Assembly: GCA_013360395.1 (NCBI GenBank)
Contig: JABWBQ010000003.1
Location: 18,011 to 82,010, forward strand
Direction of reading: 5' to 3'
DNA length: 64,000 nucleotides
From: Flavobacteriales bacterium
Lineage (GTDB): Bacteria > Bacteroidota > Bacteroidia > Flavobacteriales_F > PHOS-HE28
Shown: positions 19,067 to 28,493 of the stretch, one piece after another
Layout: each line of letters starts with the position of its first letter
Numbering within the stretch: position 1 is the first letter of the stretch
Program-made: the position numbers and the translations under genes
Notes under the pieces: model-generated
The model's database searches: none
Told to the model about the DNA's origin: nothing
Seen by the model: the letters and a program-made list of their open reading frames with translations, nothing else

Positions 19067-20986
19067 TCACCGTTTCTCGAGTTCTTCGATGCGCGCTTTC
19101 AGTTGTTCGATGATGGCTTGTTGCTCCTGTACGGCCTTCACCAGAGGCACCACGAAATCGGCATAGCGCAGGCCATACAGGCCCTCGGCGCTCGCCGGTC
19201 GGTCAACGCCACTGAAGTCATAGCCCAGCGAACGGCTGGCGGCTTCCACCTCCTGTGCAATGAAGCCCGTATAGCGGATACGCGACTGCTCATCGCGCGC
19301 TTGGACATCGAGCGGGTCTGTCCGGCGGATCTCCGCGCCGGTGCTGTCGTAACGCACGTCCTCCTTCAACTGCGCGGCCAAGCCATGAGCATCCACGTTG
19401 TAGGTCACTGGCCGCAGTTTCAGGATCAGGTCCAGTCCCTTCACATCCTCACGCACGGCGGTCTTGAAGCGACCATCGCTGTAGGTGGTGAAGCCGACCT
19501 GGCCTCTGATGCTGGTGATGCTGGTGTTGCCCACGTGTACCTTGTTACTGCCATCAGGACGCGCGTTGTAGCCGAGGCCCATGGCATTGGTATATCCCGT
19601 TGCCACGGGGAATGCAGCATTTCCCAGATAGGTGGAGTTGGTCATGCGGAAGAAGTTACCTGCATCGCGGCCCACACCTGTGTTGCCGCTATTGGTCGAG
19701 AGTGTTACGAATTTCAATGCGCTATGGCCTAGGGCGGTGTTGTTATCCCCCGCAGTATTCTGATTGAGCGCATTGTGCCCGATGGCGGTGTTGTATTGAC
19801 CGTCCGTATTGTCCGCTAGTGAGAAGGCGCCGACCCCCACATTGGTAGCGCTGGTCGTTGTTGAATAGAGGGAGCGATAACCGATGGCCACGTTGTAAGT
19901 GCCGCTCGTATTGATGGTCAGGGCTTCATATCCAACTGCCACGTTGCCGCTACCGTCATTGTTCTGGGCGTGAAGCCCACGCAGTGCACCAGCTCCAATG
20001 GCAACATTGGCCGTGACGCTATCCGCTTCGTACATGGCTTCGCTTCCGACTGCCACATTGTTGGAGCTGTAGTGGCCTGTTCCCAACGCATCCTTGCCCA
20101 ATGCCACATTGTCCCCTCCAGCGCGGTTTTCAAACAACGATCTATAACCAACCGCGAGGTTGTTGCTGCCACTTTCGTTTTCATAACCACTGAATGCACC
20201 AAACGCTGTATTACTCACTCCCTGATCATTCATAAGTGCGCGGCGCCCGATCGAGGTGGTGCCATTGGTGCTCAACAGTCCCGCATGCTCCCCATTGATC
20301 CTGAACCTCAACGGCATGAAATCCGTTGTTCCAATGAAGTGCGTTGCCGTATCCGTTCCTGCATTTCCCTGCAAGCCCCATGCGTTCAACGCGCCATCGG
20401 CGCCAGCGGGCCCTTGTGGCCCGGCAGCACCTTGCGCACCCGTGGCACCCATGGGGCCTGGTGGTCCTTGCGCTCCGGTGGCTCCGGTCGCACCCTGCGG
20501 CCCTGGTGGCCCCTGCGCCCCGGTCGCTCCTGCCGGCCCTGCGGGACCGGTCGCGCCTTGCGGCCCAGGAGCACCCACGGGACCTTGGGGGCCGGGCGTA
20601 TTGCTCGTCTCCGCGTACAGCGCATAGGGCACACTGAGCAATTGGGTCGTGCTGATGGTGACCCCGTTCACCCGGGTGCGTGCGAACCAGGGACCATCGC
20701 TCCAATCGACATCCGACCACGATCCGTTCACCGGTGTGCCCTGACCGAAGGCGAGGTTCACCAAGCCGAAAGCGTTCGTGGTGGCGGCGTGTTCTTCGCT
20801 GTACACCACGGGCCCATTGATGGCGCCTTGCAGCAGCGACAATTCGATGGCCGCCGGGGTGTTGGCTTGCACCACACCATTGCCGTCACGAACGATGGCT
20901 TGGTAGCTGAAGCTCTGCGGTGTTTGCGCGCACAGGGCCGTGCAGGCCATCAATGCGCACATCAGGAAGGAAGGTCGCTTGTTCAT
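19067..20986 (-). CDS. tail-fibre-like protein with a collagen-like triple-helix segment, NTAxG repeats and a C-terminal S74 chaperone domain (F2)
   Basis: Signal peptide [21 protein letters not shown]. 22 uninterrupted G-X-Y triplets. C-terminus [54 protein letters not shown]. Confidence 0.85.
   Translation of the reverse strand: MNKRPSFLMCALMACTALCAQTPQSFSYQAIVRDGNGVVQANTPAAIELSLLQGAINGPVVYSEEHAATTNAFGLVNLAFGQGTPVNGSWSDVDWSDGPWFARTRVNGVTISTTQLLSVPYALYAETSNTPGPQGPVGAPGPQGATGPAGPAGATGAQGPPGPQGATGATGAQGPPGPMGATGAQGAAGPQGPAGADGALNAWGLQGNAGTDTATHFIGTTDFMPLRFRINGEHAGLLSTNGTTSIGRRALMNDQGVSNTAFGAFSGYENESGSNNLAVGYRSLFENRAGGDNVALGKDALGTGHYSSNNVAVGSEAMYEADSVTANVAIGAGALRGLHAQNNDGSGNVAVGYEALTINTSGTYNVAIGYRSLYSTTTSATNVGVGAFSLADNTDGQYNTAIGHNALNQNTAGDNNTALGHSALKFVTLSTNSGNTGVGRDAGNFFRMTNSTYLGNAAFPVATGYTNAMGLGYNARPDGSNKVHVGNTSITSIRGQVGFTTYSDGRFKTAVREDVKGLDLILKLRPVTYNVDAHGLAAQLKEDVRYDSTGAEIRRTDPLDVQARDEQSRIRYTGFIAQEVEAASRSLGYDFSGVDRPASAEGLYGLRYADFVVPLVKAVQEQQAIIEQLKARIEELEKR
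20393..20593 (-). repeat. collagen-like G-X-Y repeat region inside F2
   Basis: [67 protein letters not shown], 22 consecutive Gly-X-Y triplets (aa 132-198). Confidence 0.85.
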
Positions 20987-21453
20987 TGGGTCACGATGAA
21001 GGGGATGGTCCGCAGTTCATTGTTGCCACGATCGAAGACCTGCAGGCGGTACGCGCCACTGGCCAGGTGATCGACGGACCAGGAGTTGGTCGATGTGATA
21101 CCGGACCACATGGCGACGTGTTGGCCGAGCGCGTTCAGCACGACCGCATGGTGTGCTTCGGAAGCGTTGGTGTTGAGCCGCAGCAGGTCGCGCGTGGGAT
21201 TCGGGAAGAGCTGCCAATCCGCGTTGGCGGTTACCGGAACGACCACCGTACTGAAGTCGGCCGGTGGTTGGTGGAACCCTTGCGTGACTATCACGGCCGG
21301 GCTCGTACCGGTCGCGATCATCGGTTCTCCGATGGTCCAGGCCCAATGCAGTCCCCCGCCATTCCCTTCACTGCCGCTCGGGGCCAGAACGGTTTGCGCG
21401 CGAGCGTTCTGCGTGAGCATGGCCGCCAGCACAAGGATCGCCGTGCGCATCAT
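20983..21453 (-). CDS. small secreted protein with a T9SS C-terminal sorting domain (156 aa)
   Basis: Signal peptide [21 protein letters not shown]-terminal [13 protein letters not shown]...[22 protein letters not shown] is typical of the type A T9SS CTD. ATGA overlaps with both neighbouring genes. Confidence 0.7.
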   Translation of the reverse strand: MMRTAILVLAAMLTQNARAQTVLAPSGSEGNGGGLHWAWTIGEPMIATGTSPAVIVTQGFHQPPADFSTVVVPVTANADWQLFPNPTRDLLRLNTNASEAHHAVVLNALGQHVAMWSGITSTNSWSVDHLASGAYRLQVFDRGNNELRTIPFIVTQ

Positions 21454-23000
21454 CGCTTCAGGAGCTTGACAGCGGATCGAACGAGGCCATTGTCCACGTG
21501 CAGCGTGTAAGCGCCCGGAAGCAGTGCGCCCAGATCCGCCTGGATCAATGCGTCACCGGTAACAGGGAGCGTCCAGTTGCGCACCGACCTGCCCGTGGCA
21601 TCCAACAGTTCGCACCGAACGGCACCGGTGCTGCCCGCTCCCAGCCGGATGATGGCACGGTCGGTCACCGGGTTCGGGAATACGCCGATCATCGTGCTGT
21701 TCGCTTCTTCAGCAAGGCCTGAAGAGATGTCGTTCAGGTATTTGATGAGCACGATCCGGTTGTGCCCGGCGACTTCGGCGTATCCAATGCCGATGATGGC
21801 ACTATCATTGGTGAAGGCCAGGTCGAAACAGGTCTCCTCGCCGCCGTCCTCATCGTAGTCGGCGGCTTGGAACGCGCCATTGTTGGTGAGGTTGCTCTGC
21901 TTGCGTTCCACGTTCCAGTTCCGGGAGCTGGGACCATCCGCCACTTCACCGCCGCTGATGATGAGGCCGTTGTTCTGCACCAGCAGGCTGTTCCAGCCAT
22001 CCGCTCCATCCGAGCTGTCATGGAACGCATTGACGATCACATCACCGGATGCATCAAAGGTGTAGATGATGCGTGCTTGCGTTAGGCCGCTTGTGCGCTG
22101 CACGCCGGCCACTGCGAAGCCCCCGCCCGGCAAAGTGGCGACCGTTCGACCAATAAGGTCCGATCCGCTGATCTCCACGCGGGAATGGCCGTTGGCGTTA
22201 CCGAAGCTCGACGGATTGTTGCCCGTTGCATCGACATGTCCGAGCAGGAGTGACTGATCGGTCACTCCCGTGGGGTATGCGAACCCGCTGAAGTAGATGC
22301 CGCCGTCGGCGCCGAGCACCGCACCCCGGAGCTGCTCGCCGGTTGCGCCGAAGATCCCGACCAGAACCGAGCCGTCGCCACCGAACGTGGCGTCCGGACC
22401 GCCATTGTCCAGGTAGCGCTCCACCACGATCTCCGTGAACTCCGTGCTTGGGCCGCTGAAGCCACAGAGCACGATCTTACCATCGGGCTGGATCAGCACT
22501 TCGTAGGCCTCCTCCGCATCCGGGGTGTTGTGCATGTCGCGCACCAGGATGCCCGTGCCGTTGAACGAGGGATCCAGGGAACCATCGGCGAGGAAGCGCG
22601 CCACGAACATGTCGCTGTTGGTCTCTGCCGCATCGGAGAACAAGTGGCCGCCCACCACCAAACGGCCCTGGTCGTCAAGTTCCGCGGAGCGGATGAATTC
22701 ACTACCGGCGGCCAGGTCGTGCTGCACCACGCCGTTGGCACCGAATGTGGCGTCCGGCGAGCCATCGGCATTGAAGCGCAGGAGGACGGAATTGAAGTAA
22801 GTGCCATTGCTGGTGCGCCCGGCCACCAGGATGCGGTCGTCCGGCAGCACCACGGCGGTCACACTCTGGTCATCCTCCCCCGCACCCAGCTGGGGGACGA
22901 TGACTTTTCCGTTGTTACCGAATGAAGGGTCCCAGGTGCCTGGCTGGGCGTACGTCCCCATGGTGAGGAGCGCGAGGAAGGGAAGGATGGCGTGTCGCAT
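21450..23000 (-). CDS. delta-60 repeat protein with a T9SS C-terminal sorting domain
   Basis: Repeated DPSFG.NGKV...DDRILVAG / DATFGANGVV...DDQGRLVVGG / DPSFNGTGIL...PDGKIVLCG units (delta-60 repeat pattern). C-terminal VFPNPVTDRAIIRLG...[20 protein letters not shown] chose the ATG at 23000; the track start at 23027 is a TTG. Confidence 0.8.
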   Translation of the reverse strand: MRHAILPFLALLTMGTYAQPGTWDPSFGNNGKVIVPQLGAGEDDQSVTAVVLPDDRILVAGRTSNGTYFNSVLLRFNADGSPDATFGANGVVQHDLAAGSEFIRSAELDDQGRLVVGGHLFSDAAETNSDMFVARFLADGSLDPSFNGTGILVRDMHNTPDAEEAYEVLIQPDGKIVLCGFSGPSTEFTEIVVERYLDNGGPDATFGGDGSVLVGIFGATGEQLRGAVLGADGGIYFSGFAYPTGVTDQSLLLGHVDATGNNPSSFGNANGHSRVEISGSDLIGRTVATLPGGGFAVAGVQRTSGLTQARIIYTFDASGDVIVNAFHDSSDGADGWNSLLVQNNGLIISGGEVADGPSSRNWNVERKQSNLTNNGAFQAADYDEDGGEETCFDLAFTNDSAIIGIGYAEVAGHNRIVLIKYLNDISSGLAEEANSTMIGVFPNPVTDRAIIRLGAGSTGAVRCELLDATGRSVRNWTLPVTGDALIQADLGALLPGAYTLHVDNGLVRSAVKLLKR

Positions 23001-23055
23001 GTTCCTGTGGTTGTTCGTCCACAGCAAAACACGCGAGCCCCGGACGTGTCATCAA

Positions 23056-23071
23056 TAACCCGTGCGGGTTA
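23056..23071 (-). promoter_or_regulatory. 7-2-7 palindrome TAACCCG-TG-CGGGTTA (site 2)
   Basis: Same 16-mer as site 1. It overlaps the stop codon of the response regulator. On the gene strand it reads GGGTTATTG - N20 - GTGTTTTG, 27 nt before the ATG at 23000. Confidence 0.5.
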
Positions 23072-23734
23072 AGCAGACCCATCCTTCGGATACCCTTGGG
23101 GGTAGGCCTTCTTCAGCGCCTCCATCTTCCCGTTCACCTGCAGCTTGCTGTAGATGCGGCGCACATGCACGCGCACGGTCTCGGTGCTCAGTTCAAGCTT
23201 GGCGCCGATCTCCTTGTACTGGAGACCTGCGGCCAGTCCATCGAGCACCTGCTTTTCCCGTTCGCTCAACTTCTCGTCGTTGATGCGCTGCCGGGTCTCC
23301 TTCTGGAAGCTGTTCACCACCAGCCGCGCGATGGCGCTGTTCATGGGCGACCCGCCGCGGTGGATGTCGCGCACCGCTTCCAAAAGCTCTTCGGCGGGTG
23401 TGCTCTTCAACAGGTATCCGGTCGCCCCGGCGCAAAGCGCTTCGAAGATGTACGCCGGGTTCTCGAAAATGGTGAGCATGAGGTACTGCACTTCCGGCTT
23501 GCGGCGTTTGGCCTCCCGCACGGTATCAATGCCGTTGCGGCCGGCCATGTTGATGTCCATGAGCACCACATGCACATCGAGTTCTTCCAGCTTGGCCAGG
23601 AAGTCATCGCCGCTCTCGAACACACGAACCACCTGCATGTCACTGCTGCGCTCAATACGGCGGCGGATCAGCGTACGGAGCTCATCGTCGTCCTCCACGA
23701 TGGCGGTGCGGATGGTGGTGGGCATGACCCGCAA
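23069..23734 (-). CDS. LuxR/NarL-family response regulator (REC + HTH_LuxR), RR1
   Basis: AIVEDDDELRTLI...VVLMDINMAGRNGID (receiver Asp), and LSEREKQVLDGLAAGLQYKEIGAKLELSTETVRVHVRRIYSKLQV (LuxR HTH). Confidence 0.9.
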   Translation of the reverse strand: MRVMPTTIRTAIVEDDDELRTLIRRRIERSSDMQVVRVFESGDDFLAKLEELDVHVVLMDINMAGRNGIDTVREAKRRKPEVQYLMLTIFENPAYIFEALCAGATGYLLKSTPAEELLEAVRDIHRGGSPMNSAIARLVVNSFQKETRQRINDEKLSEREKQVLDGLAAGLQYKEIGAKLELSTETVRVHVRRIYSKLQVNGKMEALKKAYPQGYPKDGSA

Positions 23735-23748
23735 GATAGCGGCCCCCG

Positions 23749-26109
23749 CTATTCCGCTGGTAGCGACACCGCGAAGTCCACCCGGGTACCCGCTCCTGCC
23801 GCGCTGACCACATCGAACTTCCCACCGATCCGCTCTGCCCGGGACCGCATGTTCCCCAGGCCATGCCCATGGCCGGCGTTCACCGTCATGCCCACCCCAT
23901 CATCCTTCACCTGGAACGCGACCCGATTGGCCGACGTGTGGAACACCACCTGGATATGGTGGGCCTTGGCGTACTTGATCGCGTTGTTCAGCGCCTCGCG
24001 CAGCATAAGATAGATGTCGCGTTTGGTGGCAGGGTCCAGCGACCGGTCGGGGCCTTCGTGAACACAGTCCACGGTGTGCTCCAGCTTGCTCCATTTCAGC
24101 ATGCGATGGCAATGCGCGCGAACGCGCTCTGTGAGCCCTGCGAGCGAATCATGGTGCGGATCGATGGCCCACACGATATCGCCCAGTGAACGGTTGGCTT
24201 CACCGGCGATGCGCTCTATGTCGTTGGCGATCTCAGGAAGCCCGTTCGTTCCGGTATGGGCCACCTCCCTGGCCTCGGTGCTGAGCAGAACGAGCTTGGT
24301 GAGGTCGCTGCCGAGCTGATCATGCACGTCACGTGCGATGCGCGTGCGCACCTCGCTGGCTTCGCGGGCGCGCTCGCTCTCGACAAGACGGGCTTGGGCG
24401 TCCAGTATGGCCGCGTTCTTCTCGGCGAGCAGCTTCCGGCTCCGCCGGGCACCACGAAGGAGCGCGAACAAGAGCGCGCCGATCAGCGCGGCCACCGCGA
24501 TGCCGGCGGCAAGCAGGGTGTTACGCCTTCGTTGATCAACGATCTCCTCTCCCTGCCGCGTGTTCGTTTCGGAGAGGACTTTGAGCTCCGCATCCTTGCG
24601 TTCCGATTCGAATCGCTTGTTCAACAAGTTGACATGTTCGATGCGATCCAGGTCGAGCAAGCTGTCCTTCGCTGCCACGTACAGTTGCAGGTTGCGCAAC
24701 GCGGCGGCGGCATCACCGTTGCGATCGTGCACCTCGTACAGGGCCAGGCTGGCATCGCGTGTCATTTCCAACCAGCCTTCACGTGCGGACAAGGCGATCA
24801 CGGAGTCCAGTACGGTGATCGCGGAGACCCGGTCGGCAGGACTGATGAGCGCCAGCGTGCGGGCATGCTCCACACCGATGCGCGCGGCGTCCATGCGCAT
24901 GTTCGGGGCTGCCACCACCTTCAGCGCCTGCTCCAGGTACGTGCGGGAGCGCGGCAGGTCGCCCTTCAGGCGATAGGCGGTACCGAGATATTGCAACAGA
25001 TAGGCTTGGAGGCTGGATTCGTACAGGGAAAAAGCCCCGCTCGCTCCCTCACTGAACCGGCGTTCCGCTTCGTGCAGGACCACCAGGCTGGTGTCGGCCC
25101 GACCGGTCTTCAGACAAGACCTTCCCAAGTTGAGCAGGATCTCGAAGCGGTCCCACGACCGCTTCGGACCTCCATCAATGGATAGCGCCTGCCTGAGATG
25201 TCCCACGGCACTGGCGTGATCGCCAAGGTCCGCGAACCGCGCGGCAATTTCGCTATGCATCCAGGGCCTGTACGTGGTTGAGCGAAGTCGTTCCGCCAGC
25301 CTCAGGGCCTGTAGGCCGTATCGGATGGCCTCGGCATGTTCTCCCGAGTAGGCGGCCAGAGCTTCCAACTCGCTCAGTGCGATAAGTTCCTCCCTGGGGA
25401 GTTCCGCAGCACGGCTCAAGGCCAGGTGTTCAAAAGCGAGGCGCTCCATGGCGGTGAAGTCCTCCCTGGCCATCGCCGCGTTGAACAACACATCGAATCG
25501 ATCCACCAGCAGAAAGGTGTCTTGTGCGTTGCGGACGATCCGTTCGATCTCGTTCTCGAGCGAATCCGCGGTCCGCGGCGTGAGCCCCTCGTCATAGAGG
25601 TCGATCGAGAGCACCCAGTATCGCCCGGTCGCCTCCTGGTGACGGTCGAACAGCGCTCGGGCCCGTTGGTTGTACATCGCACGAAGGCTGTCCTGTCCCG
25701 CCACTTGTGAGAGATCCATGAATGCGCACCAGTAGGCGTATCCAAGATCCCTTTCCGGGCCATGCTCCTGCAGAAGGGTGATCGCCTTCCTTATTTCTTC
25801 AGCGTCACCGCCCCTGTCCATATCGGTCTGCTTTGCCGCGATCTTCCTTACGATGGCGCTGCCGAGCAGACTGTTCTCGTTGAGGCGCTCGGCGAGCGCC
25901 ATGGCCTCTTGTGCGGCTTCCATCGCGCTCACGGGATCCCCGCCGCACTGGTACCACGAGAGGCGCTCGAGCTTGCGGGCGCGTTCGAGCATGCTCAGGT
26001 CCTCCCGGGCCAATTCGGTCTTCAGCCCGCGGATGATGGCATTCTGCCCGACCGTCATGCACGCGAGCGCCTGGCAGACCCCCAGGAGAAGGAAGCGGAT
26101 CGACGGCAT
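23749..26109 (-). CDS. TPR-repeat sensor histidine kinase (HisKA_3/HATPase), HK1
   Basis: Signal peptide, long TPR-like ectodomain, TM helix (LLAAGIAVAALIGALLFALL), then RIARDVHDQLGSDLTKL (H-box of the NarX/DesK type) and LREALNNAIKYAKA...DDGVGM...GHGLGNMRSRAERIGG. Confidence 0.9.
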   Translation of the reverse strand: MPSIRFLLLGVCQALACMTVGQNAIIRGLKTELAREDLSMLERARKLERLSWYQCGGDPVSAMEAAQEAMALAERLNENSLLGSAIVRKIAAKQTDMDRGGDAEEIRKAITLLQEHGPERDLGYAYWCAFMDLSQVAGQDSLRAMYNQRARALFDRHQEATGRYWVLSIDLYDEGLTPRTADSLENEIERIVRNAQDTFLLVDRFDVLFNAAMAREDFTAMERLAFEHLALSRAAELPREELIALSELEALAAYSGEHAEAIRYGLQALRLAERLRSTTYRPWMHSEIAARFADLGDHASAVGHLRQALSIDGGPKRSWDRFEILLNLGRSCLKTGRADTSLVVLHEAERRFSEGASGAFSLYESSLQAYLLQYLGTAYRLKGDLPRSRTYLEQALKVVAAPNMRMDAARIGVEHARTLALISPADRVSAITVLDSVIALSAREGWLEMTRDASLALYEVHDRNGDAAAALRNLQLYVAAKDSLLDLDRIEHVNLLNKRFESERKDAELKVLSETNTRQGEEIVDQRRRNTLLAAGIAVAALIGALLFALLRGARRSRKLLAEKNAAILDAQARLVESERAREASEVRTRIARDVHDQLGSDLTKLVLLSTEAREVAHTGTNGLPEIANDIERIAGEANRSLGDIVWAIDPHHDSLAGLTERVRAHCHRMLKWSKLEHTVDCVHEGPDRSLDPATKRDIYLMLREALNNAIKYAKAHHIQVVFHTSANRVAFQVKDDGVGMTVNAGHGHGLGNMRSRAERIGGKFDVVSAAGAGTRVDFAVSLPAE

Positions 26110-26144
26110 GCGGCGAAGGTGCGCGGAGTTTAGCGCATGGGCAA

Positions 26145-26160
26145 TAACCCGCTCAGGTTA
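26145..26160 (-). promoter_or_regulatory. 7-2-7 palindrome variant TAACCCG-CT-CAGGTTA (site 3)
   Basis: Extended symmetry AATAACC...GGTTATT. On the gene strand it reads GGGTTATTG - N20 - CACCTTCG - N4 - ATG(26109) of HK1. Confidence 0.45.
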
Positions 26161-26353
26161 TTCCGTGCCCGACCGCGCCCTGAAGACAAGGTACGTGCTT
26201 TCTGTGCATGAACTTGTCATGCTGTTCGAGCCGCCCGAGTGTTCCGCACGTCGGCGCATGTCTCTCAAGCCATGGCGTTCCAGGCATCCATGCCCGCACC
26301 TTCCTCCTTCACCTTGTGCTACACCTCGCTGTATGAGGTGCGCAAGCGAAGCA

Positions 26354-28363
26354 TCAGCTGGTTGCAAGTTCGACCTCCAGCCGCACCAAGGTGCCTGCGC
26401 CCGGTTCACTGGCGATCACCAACTCCCCGCCGAGCCGCTCGGCCCGCTCCTTCAGGTTGCGCAAGCCGCGCGCTTTGCGCAGCGCATTGGCCGTGTTGAA
26501 GCCGATGCCATCGTCCTTCACCTCCAGCCGGATGCGCTGTTCCCGCGCCACGAAGCGCACATGGATGCAATGGGCTTGTGCATACTTCACCGTGTTGTTC
26601 ACCGCCTCGCGCAGGATCAGGTAGAGATCGCGTTTGGTGGCGGGATCGAGCGGCCGGTCCCGGCCTTCCACGATGCAGTCGACGGTGTAGGTGGCGCCGC
26701 TGGTGCTGAGCATGCGCTCGCAGAACTGGCGCGACCGGTCCATGAGATCCGTGAGCTTGTCGTGTGCGGGTTCCACGGCCCAGACGATATCGCTCAGTGA
26801 GCGCCCCGCTTCGCTGGCGATGCGGTCGATGTCGGCCACGAGACCGGGGACCGCGCCCGGATCATCCTTCAGGCTCGCGTTCACTTCGCTGCCCAGCATG
26901 CTCAACTTGGTGAGGTCGCCGCCCAGCTGGTCATGCACATCGCGGGCGATCCGTGAGCGTACCTGCTCGGCCTCGCGCTGCTTCTCGGTGGCCACCACCT
27001 TGTCCTGTGCCGCGAGTATGGCCGCATTGGCCTTGCGTGTGATGCGAAAGCGGCTCCACAAGGCGATGGCCAGAGCGAACGCCAGCACGCACGCACCGAT
27101 GATGATGTATCGCCGGGTGCGTTCGCTCTCCAGCTGATGTGCATGTTCCAAGGCCATGGTACGCGCGCTGCTCACGTGCTCCAGGCTATCGCGCAATTCC
27201 TCTTCGCGGAAGCGCAAGAACAGCAAGGCTTCGCGCCCGTTCATGTGCTCCACGCTGTCCTTCAGCACGCTCCAGCGGTCGCTCACCTCGAGCGCTTCGG
27301 CCGCGCGACCTTGGGCTTTCAGTGCAGCCCGTAGTCCGTTCAGTGCGTACAGCATCGATCCTTCATCGCCCAGCTCGCGTGCTACGCCGACGTTGCCGAT
27401 GTCCTCCGCCAACGCGAGTCCGCGACGGTACCACTGTTCCGCAGCGCGATGGTCGCCGGAGCGGCTTAGGCCATCACCGATCAAGTTGATGCAGCCGCAT
27501 TCGGCGGTCTGATCACCCATGCGCGCAGCGAGCAGTGCGCACGTGCGCGCGGTGCGAAGCCCATCGGCCGGCATATCTCGCTCATAGTACAAGCGCGTGA
27601 GCGGGGCGAGCGCAGGCAGGCTATCCCAGGCATTGTCCGCGCGGCCCGCCACGTCCAAACTCCGCAGCAGCAGCGCCTCAGCATCATCCGCGCTGCCTTG
27701 CAACTGCCGGATACGGGCGCGTTCAACAAGGACCATGGCGGAGTCACCGGCGGATCCGTTCGCGCAGGAGTCGAGGCACGCCCATGCGATGTCGTACTCT
27801 TTGCGCGCCGCATGGATGCCAGCCAGATGGGTAAGCGCTTGGATGCGCAAGCCCTTGTGGCCGATGGACCGTGCGATGCGGAGTTCATCGCGGTAAGCAC
27901 GCTCCGCATGGTCTTCGGCCCCGGCCAGGCCGTAGACAAGTCCCAGCGCATCGAGGCATTCCCCAACGGCATGTTCGTGCCCACCCTCCTGGAGATCCGT
28001 GATCGCTTGCTGGAACGAGGCGAGCGCCCGCGGGATGTTTCGCTCGAATTTGGCATGGTAGCCGGTGAAGTAGTGGAACGCACCTCTGGCATGCCGGGCT
28101 CGCTCGCGCACACGGGTCGCGGGGTGCAGCAAGAGTTCTGCGCTCAACGTGTCCAAGCGATGCAGAAATGGGAAAGCCTTCGGCGAGGTGGACCATGACT
28201 CACACGCCCGAATGAGCATGGTGAGTTGCAATGTGTCCTTCTTCGCGGGATCGAGGAGCGGGATGATGGAGTCGAGCCGCGCGGGGTTCTCTTGCGCCCT
28301 GAGCACCCCATGGCAGAGGAGCCCAAGAAGAACTACGAATGCCTTTGCGCACGATCCGGTCAT
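26354..28363 (-). CDS. TPR-repeat sensor histidine kinase, HK2 (paralog of HK1)
   Basis: Signal peptide MTGSCAKAFVVLLGLLCHGVLRAQ, TPR-like ectodomain, TM helix, RIARDVHDQLGGDLTKL, LREAVNNTVKYAQA...DDGIGF. I chose the ATG at 28363; the track start at 28495 would run through the promoter palindromes. Confidence 0.85.
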   Translation of the reverse strand: MTGSCAKAFVVLLGLLCHGVLRAQENPARLDSIIPLLDPAKKDTLQLTMLIRACESWSTSPKAFPFLHRLDTLSAELLLHPATRVRERARHARGAFHYFTGYHAKFERNIPRALASFQQAITDLQEGGHEHAVGECLDALGLVYGLAGAEDHAERAYRDELRIARSIGHKGLRIQALTHLAGIHAARKEYDIAWACLDSCANGSAGDSAMVLVERARIRQLQGSADDAEALLLRSLDVAGRADNAWDSLPALAPLTRLYYERDMPADGLRTARTCALLAARMGDQTAECGCINLIGDGLSRSGDHRAAEQWYRRGLALAEDIGNVGVARELGDEGSMLYALNGLRAALKAQGRAAEALEVSDRWSVLKDSVEHMNGREALLFLRFREEELRDSLEHVSSARTMALEHAHQLESERTRRYIIIGACVLAFALAIALWSRFRITRKANAAILAAQDKVVATEKQREAEQVRSRIARDVHDQLGGDLTKLSMLGSEVNASLKDDPGAVPGLVADIDRIASEAGRSLSDIVWAVEPAHDKLTDLMDRSRQFCERMLSTSGATYTVDCIVEGRDRPLDPATKRDLYLILREAVNNTVKYAQAHCIHVRFVAREQRIRLEVKDDGIGFNTANALRKARGLRNLKERAERLGGELVIASEPGAGTLVRLEVELATS

Positions 28364-28399
28364 TGGGCAAATGTGCTCAGTCCGGAACGGCTCCACCAA

Positions 28400-28415
28400 T
28401 AACCCATTGGGGTTA
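28400..28415 (-). promoter_or_regulatory. 7-2-7 palindrome variant TAACCCA-TT-GGGGTTA (site 4)
   Basis: On the gene strand it reads GGGTTATTG - N21 - CACATTTG - N4 - ATG(28363) of HK2. Confidence 0.5.
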
Positions 28416-28427
28416 GCGCGCTCGGCA

Positions 28428-28443
28428 TAACACGGACGGGTTA
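28428..28443 (+). promoter_or_regulatory. 7-2-7 palindrome variant TAACACG-GA-CGGGTTA (site 5)
   Basis: It faces the plus-strand gene: GGGTTATTC - N20 - CTGCTTTG - N19 - ATG(28494). Confidence 0.45.
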
Positions 28444-28493
28444 TTCCACCACGCGACAGGATGGACCTGCTTTGTCCACAAGCCTGAGCGAAC

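Noticed and set aside
18951-28443. The TAACCCG-NN-CGGGTTA hairpins as simple intrinsic terminators.
   Set aside because: The stem is only 7 bp with a 2-nt loop, which is sterically poor, and no U-tract follows. The sequence, not just the symmetry, is conserved, and it keeps a fixed distance to -7-like boxes and start codons. For site 2 (at the RR1 stop) a dual role cannot be excluded.
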